Shown here: positions 1-13,749 of the stretch, in pieces
Numbering within the stretch: the stretch's first letter is position 1
Layout: each line of letters opens with the position of its first letter
From: Raillietiella orientalis
Taxonomy: Eukaryota
Direction of reading: 5' to 3'
Length of the DNA stretch: 64,000 bases
Assembly: GCA_036172245.1 (NCBI GenBank)
Contig: JAYWIR010000027.1
Span: 930,001 to 994,000, forward strand
Made by a program: the position numbers and the translations under genes
Notes under the pieces: model-generated
Seen by the model: the letters and a program-made list of their open reading frames with translations, nothing else
Database searches by the model: none
Told to the model about the DNA's origin: nothing

Positions 1-959
1 GACTTTATTCGCATACTGATGTTATGTATAACTGACGAAAGCCATACGCCACGAGCTTTGCCTCCCACAGCATCCAGATTTTGATCCGGTTCCTGGAAAA
101 TGAGTTTTTATTGATTTCCATCAGGGCTTACAGTTCAACAGAATAGGTATCCGTAAATCAAAGTGTATGAGAGGATCCCCATGATGCAACATTATAAAAC
201 ATTATAGAAAATGCCAGACACAATGTATTTGATTAAATAGTAGTCGATTAATGCTCGGAAACATTCATTTCTTTCTCCGCACGGTGAGAATTATTGTTTT
301 CTTGCACAGGGACGACCCTCTTTCACGTAGATATAATTCACAATTTGACCATGCACAACACATGGACCATTCGGTAATGTGATGCAAACAGGAAAGGTGA
401 CCACCACACGCGAAAAGATCTCAAGAGAACCACTCGACGGCCTTTTTTCACATTCAGTTATACGAGGTCACGTGCAAGTTAGCAGGAAAGAAGTTGCTGG
501 CGTTGTGTCGCAGCTGAAGGGTATTTCCAAGTGTTTTCATGGGAGGCGCTGCATTTCCGGAAATCTCCAAGGCACCATCCCCTTCTGTTGCTACAAAGGC
601 AATTTGGAAACCGCGCGTCCCCCTGGAATTTGAAAGTCCATGGTTTTGGGCTGCGGCCCGCGACTGCGATGCTCATGGCAAGGAACCACCGCACAGTAAT
701 TGGCGTTTTATTCATGTTGAAATAATTTGCTTCGCGGTTTCGTGCTGCACTGAAGCATCCTGGAAGCACCTGACGACGCACGCTCTTTGTTCACCGATTC
801 CACCTCTTCTTCCAGTTCGGAGGAATGCGGAGATCACGAGTTCTCCGAAGGGGAAGCGAAAGGAGAGAAACCAGGAAAGGATAGGAAGGTGCAGCTGCTG
901 CTGCAGGTGTTTCCTGAATGGGAAGCTGCAGATGCCCACAGACGACCCAACTCCGGATT

Positions 960-1340
960 CGACACGGAGAGGACAAAGAAAGCCCTACAGCAAGAGTAAT
1001 TCGGCTGCGGAATTTCGGATTCTGGGAAGTGCAGGAATAAACCCTGACGTTTCGTTCGGGGTCCAGTGGGGCCGGCGCGCGTCCCCCGAGAGGAACACTG
1101 CGGTGACAGGCCGCGCCCTCTCGGTTCCACCGTGAACGGCTTCCACCAGCAAAGGGACGGAGCGCACACACCTCGGGGTGTTTTCCCCTTGAGAGTGCGG
1201 GAGGAAACGCGTACCCGAGGTCAAAACCTCCAGGGTCGACGTTTGGCTTCCCTTTGCACAGAGGAGTCACAATCGGAGGTTTACCTTCGCGCGCGAAAGT
1301 TGAAGTTCCATGCCCACGGGGCACATCGGGGTGCATGGTG
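960..1340 (-). mobile_element. Decayed non-LTR retrotransposon RT fragment
   Basis: Minus-strand translation IVTPLCKGKPNVDPGGF resembles the LINE RT motif I.L.PK.K.D...YRPI. A downstream CRAFFV resembles KAFD. Frameshifted. Confidence 0.35.
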
Positions 1341-3089
1341 GGGGAAGTGGGGAGGAAGAGGGATGCGAGGACGACCCGCCGATCGGAGGGTGCGGGAGGA
1401 GGAAACCATGGCGACTGCGTCGACGATGCTTCGCCTCAAAAACCTGACTGAAAGAAACTCCGGCACCCGGCTGCAGAAAACGGGGGACCGGTGCTGCGAA
1501 CTTCCATTCTGCTGTTGCCTCGAAGGCCGCACCGATCCCCTCCCCGTCGGTCGGTGTCTTCAGACGTCCCTGGCGGAGACGCTGCCGTTGTTTTTTTTCT
1601 TCCTTTTTCCCTTCCCCGTTGGCTACGCGGGAAGCAATGCGATGGGAAGAAGGATCACTTCCGCTCGCCCTCTCTTTTTCGTCGTCGGAAAAGTTTTCCG
1701 CATTTAAGGAAGCTGCTTCGCGCTTGCGCACGCGGAGTTGCTACGGCAAGGCTGTGTCGCATGCAGCCACCTCTGTCCTGGTGAGGCTGGCGCCTCTCAG
1801 GTGCTCCCCCCCCCACACCGAGTGCTCTTTCGCTCGTCACTCGAAGCGAGAACCTCCTTGGTGAGTGACCTCATTAAAAAGTTTGTCCAGCTGCGTGAAC
1901 AGGGAAAGTTCGTTCGAAGGGGGAGGTGGGTTGGGAAAAAGGGGAAGATCTCGATCGGGAAAGGGAGTTCCCGGATCCGAGAAAAGCTGCCATCGGGGAT
2001 AGAACGATCGAAGGAGTGCGAAAGCGCCTTTCGAGATGTTCGATCCGTCGCCATCTTGTTTGATGATGGTCGAATCCGGTTGTTTGCCGTTCCAACTCAT
2101 TGTTTACTTTCTATGGTTGCCCTCCCCACAGCCCGGACCTTCCTGTCTGTACGGACAGCGTCGCTACCCACTGCTTCGTTTCCACCCCTCCCCCAGTGAG
2201 CCATCTTTAAATATTGCCGTTCGCGACGCTCCCGGTTTTTCGGAGTGAATTCCAGTGAATTCCACAAGAAGGGGAAAGGGAGGGGGGGGAAGAGAGAGAG
2301 GGGGGGAGGAGGGGGGGGAGTGCTTTCGGTGATTTCCTACGCGTCGCGCATAAGACACCTGTCCGACGATGAGGAAAGTGAGGTCACCTGGTTGTGAAGC
2401 CACGAAGAGTCCCTGCGAAAGCGAATGGCATTTCCGAACTTGCCGAGGCCGAGCCCGTTGAGGGCAAACTGGTCAGGAAGCCGGCCGGTTGCTGCGCCTA
2501 GTCAGTTCGCCGCTACGAAGGCCGAGCTGAGCTCCTGTGGCAAAAGCTGCGGGCCGACCGAGGATGAGCGACGTTTCGGAAGTTTCCATCGCCTTTTCCA
2601 GATCCTTGGGATGTGATGCAGTCTCACGGACCCTCTTCCCTTCCGAGCAGTTCCCACTTTTACCGAGGTGGAGATGCGTAGTCGACAAAAAATCTCGTGT
2701 TCCTGTTCCGTGCAGCTGGAAGTTCTTAGCGATTCACGTGACTTGAATCAATTTGCATTTCAGCAACGGCCCCTGGCGCCCTCGAGGCTGCTCTGCATGA
2801 GGAAATGGAAAGCAGAAGTGCAAAGTGCCAATCTGTGCTTGTCGGCCTGGCGCGCTATACTCCAGCCATCTAGCGTCCACTGTGCGAACCTCCTCTTCGA
2901 AAGAGGATTCGGCTCTCCCTCTCCTGCTCACGACAGAGTCTATTGCAATACCTCTGGGACCAGCCCCACCATTTATCGTTCAGACGGGTCCGCGGAGGGA
3001 AACCAGCGGGCAAAATTGAGAAGAGCAGAGGTAAAAGAGATACAAAGACGGATGCTGAGATCCGTCTCATGAGTTCCAAGGATGAATCG

Positions 3090-4450
3090 ATGATCACGAG
3101 CAAAGAAGGAAGCGTCGACAACTCTTGCGTGCTCCACGCTTGTTCCCTCGCGCGTAGGTACGTGGCGTTCTGGGGAGGTTTTTCACCTTTGACCCCAGAG
3201 CATATGGTGTTTTTCCCGTCGAATCGCACGGCAAGGCCACCAAAGACTTCACCACCAGAAGGTTCCCTCTCATTCTTGGCACTGCGGAGCGAATCTGTGC
3301 CAGTCTGCAGTCGGATGAGTGACGACGACCAGCAGCTTCCGCGACCCGCTCTCTCCTGCGCTCCGCAGATTCCACCCGCTTGTACGCGCGTCGTTGCGAT
3401 TCTTCGCGCATCAGCTTGGTCACTTGCGGCCTGACGACGCGACGCTGTTGCCATTCAGGGCCGTCCCTCCTGTGGAGCCTGCGTAGCAGCCTCCCCCCTT
3501 TGCACTTGCCCGCCGGCGCCAAATTCTGGGAGGACGACGGCGACCGCCTCCCGCTCTTCGTCCCGAAACGCTATTCTCCTGCGGGGAGGGGACTGTACTC
3601 GGTCGTGCCAGGATGGAGCCGCCCGGAAGCAGAGCGGAAAGACAGTTCAACCCTTCGACTCCTTTTCAGAGAGAGACATTCCTCCGGGTTCGACCGCGAG
3701 CCAGACGGAGCGACCGAGCCCCTGCCCCTCGACATCCATCTCCCTCATCCCTCACATCTTTGCCTCCTTCCTCATGCTAACGGGACGCGGGAGACCTCTG
3801 AGCGCACGGTCGAAGGCATGGGTCTCTCTTGGCGTGCACGGCGCATGGTGGGTATCTCTGTAGAAGCCTCCGCGCCTGGTCAGAGACCTGAACCTTCTCT
3901 CCGCGGCGACGGATTCTAGTCGATTCGGCCCCTGTAGTCCTAGCCACTCGCCGTGAATCGCACGTGACCCGCTTCCTCCGCGGTACTTCCAGCACGCTGA
4001 ACGGGGCAGTTCTTCGCCGCAGAGGCTTCGCATGATTGACTGCGGGAATCTCTCGCCCGTTTGGCGCCGGGTCCACGGGTTGCCGTGTGGGTCCACCTTG
4101 CCGCTTCGCGGCTCGCATAGCAAGCCATGGACTATGGTCTGCGTCCCCTCTGGTTTCCGGGAGGACGACGAGGGAAAACAGGGACGTCGAGCTTCTCGTC
4201 CGCTTCCCGGAGGAGCACGTGGCGAGATGGCAGGCAATCCCGGATGAGGCAGCTGGAGTCCTTGGTCGAGGGGGAACGGGCCATCATCCTTCCTCCCCAG
4301 AGCAGTGCCCGTTCGGCGAGATCCGCAGGACACGAGGCGCATCTTCCGCTGACTGGTCGCCTCGCGTTCCAGCGAAGCGCCCAGGGCGTTCCTGGGGCCG
4401 CCCATTTTCACATGCTGCCGTTTCGATGGCGGCTGTGCCTTTCTGTAAGA
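3090..4450 (-). mobile_element. Decayed LINE ORF2 (RT/post-RT) relic
   Basis: Eroded RT-like motifs in the expected order across shifting frames (GPFPLDQG, RSLCGEELP, VFGGLAVRF). No intact frame. Confidence 0.3.
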
Positions 4451-4879
4451 CAGTGGCGAAGCGCGGGCGCGCGCCCATTGTGGATAGAGCCGCGTGTGGT
4501 TGCGGTTCTGCGACGAGCGATCAGCTCGGCAGGACGCGCAGTGCTCCCGTGCGCATCCCTGCTAGCCCGGGAGATCCGATGTCGCCGCTCTAGCAGTTCC
4601 CTTCGGGAGGGCGCTGCTATCGCACCCGGTGCTCTGTTCCGCCTCTCTGGCGCCCGACGTGCATTTCAGTCCAGTGACTCCAGGACTTTCATTTGAAAAT
4701 GAAGAAATGCAGAAGACATCGGGAACCGAGTTCCCGGAAAACAAAAGGTCTCAGGGAATGATCACCGGAGCGCGGGACGGCTCCTGAAGAAGTCCGGAGT
4801 AAGAGGGAGAGGGCAAGAGACGAATACAGAAAAAAAAAGACGGGAAGGAAGGGACAAGGGTCTTCGGGTGTAATCAATT

Positions 4880-5340
4880 CCTTTTCTTCCTAGAGCTGGA
4901 GCTGAAAGCTGGCGATCTCTCTGGCGACTTCCTCTCGGAGGAGGAAACCGCCACCTTGGAGCCGTCCTCGTCAGGGCGGCCGCGTAGACTCCCCCCCCTG
5001 CGCACGAGACTCCAGCGCGCAGCGTTGCTATGGCTTTGGAGTGGACTCAGCATCTCGTTGCGATTGTGGCGTGCCTACCATGAGTTCGTCTGGCGCGGAC
5101 AAAGCGTCGTCCATTGCAGTGCCCTCCGGGGTCTCAAAAGCAACCGCCTCCCTCAGAGCTCCTCGAGGGCACCGCAGTCCAATGAGCGATGCGGGAACGA
5201 TCCCATCGCCTTGCACCGGGATTGGCTCAGGGAGTCAAATCCCCCCGGGAAACCGGGTGCCTACGCCGGCTGCTGCTGGCAGTCCTCCGGCACAGATGCG
5301 GCAGGACATCCTGCAATGTCCACCGCAACGGATGCAACGT
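4880..5340 (-). mobile_element. Decayed L1/Tx1-like ORF2 C-terminal zinc-knuckle (zf-RVT-like) fragment
   Basis: Minus strand reads RCKAMGSFPHRSLDCGALEEL*G, which aligns to CARCGERETLPHLLVECAALRPLW of the better-preserved element near 21925. Confidence 0.5.
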
Positions 5341-6139
5341 AGTGTCGATACAAAAGATAATTAATTTTAATACTTTATTATTATTTACTTAAATCCTTTT
5401 CAGTACTTTTCACTAACAAGGGGGAGGAGGGGACCGCGAATTCTTCGGATCGGGTCGCCCCACCGGAGAAGTCTTTGTCGCCCAGGAACGAGGAGAGGTG
5501 GCGCTCAACCACGCCCTCGTCTCGCAGCCGTCGAGCGCTGCCATGATGTTGCAGGGGGACTACCCTACTCTCCCCGCGCCGGTTGACTTCTGCCACTGTT
5601 TGCCCTCAGGGAAGACCGTGCTGCGGCTATCCTGAGCCACTGGGTCCAGTCCATCTCGCGTGGGTGTGCGGACGAATTTCTCACGGGAGCACTTGGAGAG
5701 CAGCGATCCAGGGCTCCAGTGCCTCCCTTCCCTTCAGGCATTTCAACTTTCGGGAGCGGCGGGAGATCCAAGGATGGGCTTCCCGGAGAGAGGATAGTTC
5801 CTCCCGGGGCATCTTCGAGGGACGAGCCAAAAAGGGCGTCTGAAATTTGGCACGGTGAGCCAGCAGACGGAGCTGCGCCTGCAGTCCGATTTCGCGGGTG
5901 CCGCGGTTGTTCGCCTGAGGGTGCGCGCTCAGTACACCGGTGCATCCCTCGGAAGCGTGAGCTCCCGGAGAGCGTCCGCCTTCCGCGTGCAACGTGCCAC
6001 ACCTCACGGCTGGCGCCACCACCAGGATGGGAAACGCTCGGATTGGCACCCCATCGCTTTCGGCCTTTTGGGTAAGATCAAAGTGTAGAGGGAGAAAGGA
6101 GAAAGAGGAGAGAAAGACCCCGCCGGCGCCGCACCCTCT

Positions 6140-6285
6140 CTGTGGCGATCTCTCTGGCGACTTCTCGGAACAGAGGCCACCACCATGCAGCCGTCTTCGC
6201 CGGGGCGGCCGCATGGGGTCCCTCAGCTGCACTCCAGCACGCGGCGGGCTGTGGCGAGGGCGCGCACGCAGCATCTCGTTGGCAG
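6140..6285 (-). repeat. Diverged direct paralog of 4911-5060 (LINE 3' region)
   Basis: Shares ggcgatctctctggcgacttc ... gggcggccgc ... cagcatctcgttg with 4911-5060. Confidence 0.6.
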
Positions 6286-8869
6286 AGGAGCGAGCTGGAC
6301 CAGTGTCTCCTTTGGTGTGAGAGTGGCAGCGCCTTCTTCAGCGCCTGAAGAGCTTGCCCTTTCCTTCGACAGCGGAGGAAGGAGCTCCAGGGAAGGACGC
6401 GTGAGGGAAAGGGGGAGAAGGGAGGGGGAGGAGGAAGAAGAAGAAGAAAAGAGCTCATCCTAGAGTAATAGCTTCCCAGGAGAGATGGTAACCAGGCGGA
6501 ATCAAAGGGCTCTCCAGCTCACAAATACCCCTGCCCTCGTGAACCCGCTCGCCCACCCCTCTTCCTCCCCATCCTCCAAGGGTGAACCCCCGGGTCTCTT
6601 TCGGTGTTCTTCCAGGGTTCCGAGTTTTCCCTTCGCATCTCCGGAAGAGTCAACTCCTTGCTGGGGGTCGCAAAGGCTCCCCCCCCTTCAAAACTCGGCA
6701 CACAGATGAATTTATTCGCGCAGTTCACCGTCAACCACCGCCGCCCGTGGCGGCTGCTGTGGCGGCGTTTCCCGGCAACCGTGCCGGTGCTGTCCTTCCA
6801 GCCAAGGAGGGCAAAGGGGCAAGCGATGCGCGCGGCCATCTTCCGCTTCTCCCTTCGCCCCCACCCCTTCCCTTTCCCCTGCATCCGCAGGGATCAGCCC
6901 CGAGGGGCTCTTCCCTGCGGCGGTCGTTCGCCCGCCCAGCAGGTGGCCTGCTGCAGCTCGCGTGGGGTCACCTGGCAACCGGCACGAGCGCGATGTTCCG
7001 CCGCCGGGCAGGATAGGGCGGGGACACGGATGTGAGGGATGCCGCTGCCTCAACAGCAGCAGGGGACGCCCTCCCTCATCAAGGGGACGTCCCCAGGGAG
7101 AGTTTTCTCAGAGAAGGGCAGAGAGGGGCGGGGCAGGGCCGCGGTCCCACCCCGCGACCGCACCGGTGGGAATCTTCGAGGTGCTCCTCCCTCCCGCCTC
7201 CGCGCGCGGGACCCCCACCTGACAGGTCTGTCCTCGGAACGGCCGGGCGGAAGGGTTGCGGGTAACTGTTTCCGGGAAGGGACGGGCATTCGAGCCCTTG
7301 GCGCTACGGGTCGCTTCGGGTACTTGAAGGGGCAAGTGCGGGTCCTGAGGGAAGCGAGCGAAGGGTGGAGGGGGGGAAAGAAACTAGGAGCGAAAGGTCT
7401 AGGGAACCTCTGGAGATTGCCGGCCCCAAGGGGGCGCCGTCGCTCGGGAGACGAAAAAGGGGGAGGGACCCCTCCACGTCCTCTCTCTCCGGTTGTTCCG
7501 CCTCATTCTCTCCCCATCTCGGGAACCAAGAGAGCGCCATTCTGATTCGCCCGAGGAGGAGGGCGGGTGGGGGAGACAACGGCCTTTGGAACGAGTTCGT
7601 GACTTCGGAAGGCCGCCAGGGTCTCCGCGGAGGAAAGGAGGAGGGAGAGAGAGCCGCGCCGCGAGCGGGAGGAGGAGTGGCCGAAGAGGTCGGTTCCTTG
7701 GGGTGACTTGGGGCGCACGCTTACCCCAAGGTCGTGTCGCTCGACGGCAGCCGAACGCAGCTACGGCGCGTAGAGCGCCCTCGAGGGACGCCACGGCGAT
7801 CACTCCGGGTCTCGGGTCGATTCGTCGCACCGGAGGGCGAGGGCGCCCCTCAGGCGCAGTGGACCACCCACGTCTGGGGGCGTTCAGGAAGCAGCAGCCG
7901 CCGACCGCGCGCGCGCACCTGGCGGAACGCCGAGAGCAGTCGAGGGGGGGGGGGGGAGGGAGAGAGGACGGAGCAGGACGGGGGTTGGTCAGTGGAGGGC
8001 GACCGGGAGGCGCGCGCGGAACGCGCGTTCCGCCCTGGCAACGGAGGGGGGGGGGAAGCTGACGTCACGTGCGAAGGAGTAGGGATGGGTCCGCCTTCCG
8101 TGCCGCGGGACCCCCTCCTTGCTGCCTGGGGTCCTCCTGACCCCGATATACGAGGGAGGGAATGACCTGTCTCTCGGGACGAGCGCATGGTCGCCCGACT
8201 CCCGTTTCTGCGCTCCGTCCCCTGGGGGGATCGACGTCGTCGCACGGAGAGGTCAGGAGGGAGGGGAGGAGGGTAACGTCCGGGAGGACCCCCATTGCCT
8301 CTTTTCACAAGGCTATCGGCTCCAATCCAATCTCTCGCTCTCCCAGCGGCGCCACCGAACTTCCCCAGCCCACCCTTCGCCCAAGAGTTCCCGACCGGGA
8401 AATTTCCCGGCCGTTCCCGGTTCCCATAGCATGGACCCGGTCTTCCCCGCACGGGTTGGCACCTGCGTTCACTGGCACCCTCCCAAGTTTCCAAGCTACG
8501 GCACGTTCGGGAACCGCTTGCGCCGCTCTCCTGGCCTTGGGAACACCGCCGATGGCCGTGCCTTTCCGCCTCACGGCAGGCGGCTGAGGAAGGGAAACCT
8601 CGCCATCTCGCCCCAACTCCTATGTCTAATTTCGTTGTTTCCTGCATCCTCGCTGTCTCCGCAGTTCGGTCTCTCACGTAGAGATGCCCGGACATGACTT
8701 CACAGACGCCAGCGTTCGGGAGAATCGGCGGCGCATCGCTCCCAGACGGCAGAGGAACCGTCCGTCCGTCGCCCCAGGTTCTCCTCTAGCCATTCCCTAG
8801 CAGAAGACGGCATAGGGGAGGACGCGAAACCGCTGGCTTGTCTGGTAGAGCGAGAGAAGGCCATGGGTG

Positions 8870-9250
8870 GATACTCTCTTTCCTCCTTCATTCCTCCTCT
8901 TGTCTTTCCTCCTCTTTCTCTTCCCTTTCTCCTACTTTTCCTCCTCCTTTCCTCCTCCTATTCCCCTTTCATTAATTCTTCTGTTCCTCCTCCCTCCTCC
9001 TCTTCGTCCGTTCCACTCTTCTCTCTTTACCAGAGCCATCGCCTTCATCATCCTCGTCGTTATCGTTTGCGTCGCCAACGTCATGGCTGCCGTCACCTTT
9101 GTCATCGCCATCATCGGCAGCGCCGTTCTTGTACTCGCCGTCACCATCACAATCCTCTTCGCCACTGGCTCCATCATCGTCTTCATCGCAGTCACCATCG
9201 CTATCGTCACCGTCACTACCACTACCGCTGCCGTCGTCATCATCCGCTTG
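8870..9250. repeat. Low-complexity CT-rich tract followed by degenerate (ATC/GTC)n microsatellite
   Basis: Visible directly. It generates spurious hydrophobic and His/Arg-rich ORFs. Confidence 0.85.
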
Positions 9251-9299
9251 ATCCTCCCCCTCTCCCCACGACACGGACAGAGGTCGCCTCCCGCTTGTC

Positions 9300-10380
9300 C
9301 CCCTAGCAGGGCATCCGATCCTCATGAGCCTACGGGGTTCTCTCGATTGGCAGCGTGGCACGAAGTTAACGTTTGGAAGATGCCGCCAGCAGTTACCCGA
9401 GGTCCTCTCAAGAGCCCTGGACCTCGTTCTTCTGATGAAAGATTCGAGAGTCCCCAAGCCTCACTTCCTCCGGCCGGGTACTCGACAGCGTCTTCTACTG
9501 TCCGAAGAAGACCGCCTTTCCATCCATTCGGGCCAGAGACCGCGCACCTCGGAACCTGGACATCGCCTGCAGCTCTCCCTCAATCGATCTCTCGCGCGAG
9601 CGGTGGCCCTTCTTTGGCATCTCCGGGCGCCCGAGGTCGCTGCGGAGGGCAGCATTTCTCTCATTTCCGGACTTAAGATCAGGCAGCTGAGACGCCTCCG
9701 CTCTAGACCACGGCGTCAGCACGACCGTCTCTGCTGCTGCATAGTCTGGTTGTGTGTGGTCATCCCGAACGACCTCTTCTTAATCGGACTCGTACAACTG
9801 TTCCCGCGATTCTGACCAACTCTCCCGTGCACTGCTCATGGACCTGTACAAGCGCCTCCTCAGGAACAGGGTTTCTTTGTGCAGGATGTGCGGGCCACCT
9901 GGGAGGCATAGCAGGAGGAAGGGGTCGTACCCTCTGACTCCTCCACGACCTTTTAGGACTCTTCCTCCGACTGCCGCAGCTGTTCTTCGCCCATCGCTCG
10001 CGAAACGGATGGGACAACAGCTGGGCAGCAATAGGATGGGCGCTCTCTTCGGGACCGTCTCGCGACGGTCTCCGACTCCTCGACCGATGGGAAACGACCG
10101 GCAGAACCTTTGCGGACGAGGGAGTCTCAGAAGGACGGAAATTTCTGTCTGCAATCTACTGGTGGAGTGGCGGAGGATGCCGGAAGCACAAGGAAGGACG
10201 GCGACGGCACGGGAAGACGGCGGCATCTGCTCCCAAAGAGAACATGGTTTCGGGCGGTCTTCGTCAGCATGTTCCTCCGGATTTCGAGCTGGAGGAATTT
10301 TGGCAGCCGGAACCTTTGTCCAAAGGGCTGCTGCGTAACGGACCCCGGAGCGAGCGTTGCCGCGATTGCCGAATGATTTC
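9300..10380 (+). mobile_element. Decayed L1/Tx1-like ORF2 3' portion
   Basis: In order: SRASGGPSL (~P..GGLGL), GLKIRQLRRL, GPSRDGLRLLDRWE (~LPTRDRL.RWG) and LCGRGS...CNLLVEW (~CxxC...HLLVEC). Confidence 0.5.
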
Positions 10381-11619
10381 AGCCCCCCACGCCTTTATAT
10401 AGCAGGCGGAGACCACGATCAAACACGGCCCCAGGGAGCTGCTTCATTGTGGACCAGCCGCTGCTGCCTCTGCTCGTCACGAGGGCTGGGCACCACTGAT
10501 CTAAAGGGGAGTCCAAAACGGTGATTAGATTGTGAGCGGTCGGTTTTCAAGATAGAAGGCGCAAAAGAGCGATGAAAAGGGTGAAGAGGGGAAGTGACTT
10601 TCTGCCATCCTCTCCGTCTGGTCCGTCTGGTCCTCAGGAAGATGATACAGCCTTCAGAGGGGCACTCATCGCGGCTGGTGGCCTTGCAGATGATTCTTAG
10701 CCTTGAGGTGCTGGATGATGGAGCATGTAGTCTTTCTTACTGAGGTGCTCTGTTCGGCGCCAACTAGTCCTCCGCTCTTTGGGAGCGCCGTCCTTCCTGG
10801 TTCCCTCCGGATTACTCCGGGATTTCCAGCGATGGGCTGGAGCCGGACTTCTCTCGAGGAGAACTGGGGAGCCACTCCTCGGTGTCCCCTCAGGAAGAGT
10901 CGAGGCAGGATCTTCCAGAACGCCCCTCAGGCGACGGTCTGCGTGACGACGTGCCCTTCTGCCTAGGTACGTAGCCTGTCGAGTCTCGGCTCTCCCACCT
11001 CAGAGGCTAACCTCTTCGTCTGGTCCTGAGGAGGACTCGACCGATGCCTCTGGAGCACTTCGCAAAAGTGCTGCATCTTCGAGCGCACCTTGTCTTTCCC
11101 AAAGTCCCACGCCCTGCGTCTCTTTCATCGCTTCTCCCCCTGCCGGAATCTTTACTGCCCCCACGACGGCCACTCCCGACGATGTCAGAGTCCTCGCGGA
11201 GGAACGACGGTGACTCGAGCCTTGGCACTGCCTCTTCCGACGACTCCTCGGAGTAACCCCAGGCCCAGGCGACATCTGGCATGATGACGCCCTCCATCTC
11301 GCAGCTTCCGGTCGGGTCGACCTCTGGCTGGAGGCCGCTGGTTCCCTGCGTTTCCTGATCCGGCCTGTTGGCGATGTCATTGTAAGGTCTTCCGGAAACC
11401 GGGCCCGAGCTGCTGGCGCAGTCTTACCCCACCAGGCATTTTCCACGCACTCCACACTCGGAGGGCGTTGCTCGTGCAATTATCCCTCTCTCGATGCCAG
11501 CCGTCGCACCTGGAAGGGCGGCTGCTACTTGAGCAGGCTGGCGGAGTGGGAGTCCACAGGAACTGCTGTGACGTGTTCTCCGGCATGCGTGTCCAGCGAC
11601 CCCGGCAGAGGCGCAAGGA

Positions 11620-12750
11620 GATTCACCGCCTCTTCGCGCTGACGAAGACGCCTGAAACCACGTCCTCTCTGGGAGCAGATGCCGCCGTTTTCCTTTGTCG
11701 TCGCCGTTCTTACTGGTGCTTCCGGCGTTCTCCACTACTCCACCAGCAGATGGCAGAAGGAAGTTCCTGTCCTTCTGGAACTGCATCGTCCGCAAAGGAC
11801 CTGCCAGTCGAGCCGGTCGTCCCCCATCGGTCCAGGCGTCGGGGACCGTCGCGAGACGGGCAGGTCCGCGGGAAGCCGCTGAGCAACCGGTTTCGGGCCA
11901 ACCCTCCGGCTACCCTCCCTCCCAAAAGGGCCCTCCTTGAAAAAAAAAAGGAAAAAAAAAAAAGGGCCTCCGAAGAAAATCCCCGGGTGCAAGGTCTTCC
12001 TGGGCCACTCTCCCAAGATCTGCCACCGCCTCTGCCGGGCTTGCTGGTTTCTGGCCCTCACCGACGCCCCATCTTTGCGCAGTCGCAGCCGGGCGCCGAG
12101 GGCTGAGTCCCCAACTACAAGTCATTCCGCGGCGTCCTTAGCTGCCCCCGTGGACTGCCTCGCCGCGGCGCAGGAGATCATGAACAGCTGAAAGGGCTAA
12201 TGGAAACGGCGAGGTTCGCGGCCTCTGGTACTGGGGCAGCACGGATGACCGCCGCCAACGCTGCGTTCCGGCGTTGGCAGAGAAGAGGCCGAAATGCTCG
12301 AGGGGATGCAGAGATGCGCCACCAGAGCTGAGAAGCAGCTGAAGAGAACTGGCGCTGGCTGGGTCCGACGGAAGGGAACCTTTCGTGCCTCGCCTCCTCC
12401 GGAGCGTCCGCGGAGTCCTCCAAGGTGCAGACGACATCCCGTGCAGCGACGAGCTCTTTTCCCTGGAGCGCCATGTCCTGTCAGGTCCAACCTCAGGGCC
12501 GGCGCTCCATGGAGGAGGCCAACCCTCTCGATCCAGAAGGCGCCAATTGTTCGTGCCTTCCGGCAGTCGGACCCTCTCCGTCTCCGTGACCCCTCAGGCA
12601 CCCAGCCAGTCTTCTCTCGAACGTAGGAGTCCTCCCTCGGCTCGGTTGCTTGGGAAGGGGGTGAAGTCGCGCGCCCGCTCATGTCGGATCGAGCGGAAGG
12701 CGATTTTCTCCCTCCCCCTCCTTCCCCGCCGCGTGGGTTTCTTCCTTCCC
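11620..12750 (-). mobile_element. Decayed L1/Tx1-like ORF2 relic, partly an inverted paralog of ~10053-10268
   Basis: RNRLLSGFP..SRDGPRRLDRWG and LCGRCSS...CHLLVE motifs. Clear nucleotide similarity of ~11638-11860 to the reverse complement of ~10053-10268. Confidence 0.5.
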
Positions 12751-13749
12751 CCCTCTCCGATTGGAGGCTGCGTCTCCGGATGCGATCATCAGCCGTTCCT
12801 CTCGGTCGCCCGCGTCGCCTTGATCCGGCCGGAAACGTCCCTACCCGCCGCCCCCATGCCTCTCGAGCCGGCGTCGGGTTTGTTGAACTTCCTGCCAATC
12901 GCTCCGGACACGAACCGCCCCGAATCTCCTTCCGTCGGTGGTGGTGGAACGCGCCCGTGATCTTTTCGCCACGAAGGAGCGAGGCTGCTCGGGCGAGCTC
13001 CGTCGCTCCACTAGCTGGCTCCTGCCGAAGGCGGAGCGTCCACGCTGCCTTCCGGGAGCCCCAGCAGGCCTTCGAAAAAACCGCGGAGCTCCGGCGGCAC
13101 AGCTCCGGGACCTCGTTGTTTAGGGGGGTCTCGTTCCGGTCGCCCAAGCGACGACCTGTCGGATGAGCGTGCCAGGTTCGCTCGGGGAGTGGCACTGCCT
13201 TCCCTTTCCTTCCCTCCTTCTGTCAGGGAGGACTGGGAAGAGCAGGTGTTTCGCAGCATACACCCAGTTCGCCGCATCCCCGCTAGGATGTGCTGTGGTT
13301 CATCCGCGGAGAAGGCGATCGCAGCGCCTCCGAGAGCGGCCGCATTCGCGTCCCGCCGTCTCTGCTAACGTCGGGACTCCCCTCAGGTACTTGCTGACAG
13401 CCTTGGGTGGGGGGTGGGGGTGAGTGGGAGCAAGAAGCTGACTTGCGTGCACGCGCGCGCTACCCGCGTGCACTTCGGCCTGGGAGACTCTGGCGTGGAG
13501 GCAAACGCGTGCTGCCGAGGATTCGGCCTTCCCTCCCTCGTACAGGTGCCCCCGGTGCAAAGTCCTGAACCGTGAGCGAAGAGCAGCGAGTGGCTTCTCC
13601 AGAGTAGGTAGAGACCCATTCTTGACCTACTCTCACGTCGTGCACTCTTCCGCCAGTCCGGCCAGCCCGCGCACCCTGAGGCATCCCGTGCCCTCCTCGG
13701 TCGGACTCGGGAAGACGGATCTCTTCCGCGCACCTATTCTTCAAGATAG

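Noticed and set aside
14..62. Possible hammerhead ribozyme (ctgacga core)
   Set aside because: No GAAA after the putative stem II and no closing stems.
8867..9676. 269-aa ORF resembling a multi-pass membrane protein
   Set aside because: The hydrophobicity comes from CT and (ATC/GTC)n low-complexity repeats.
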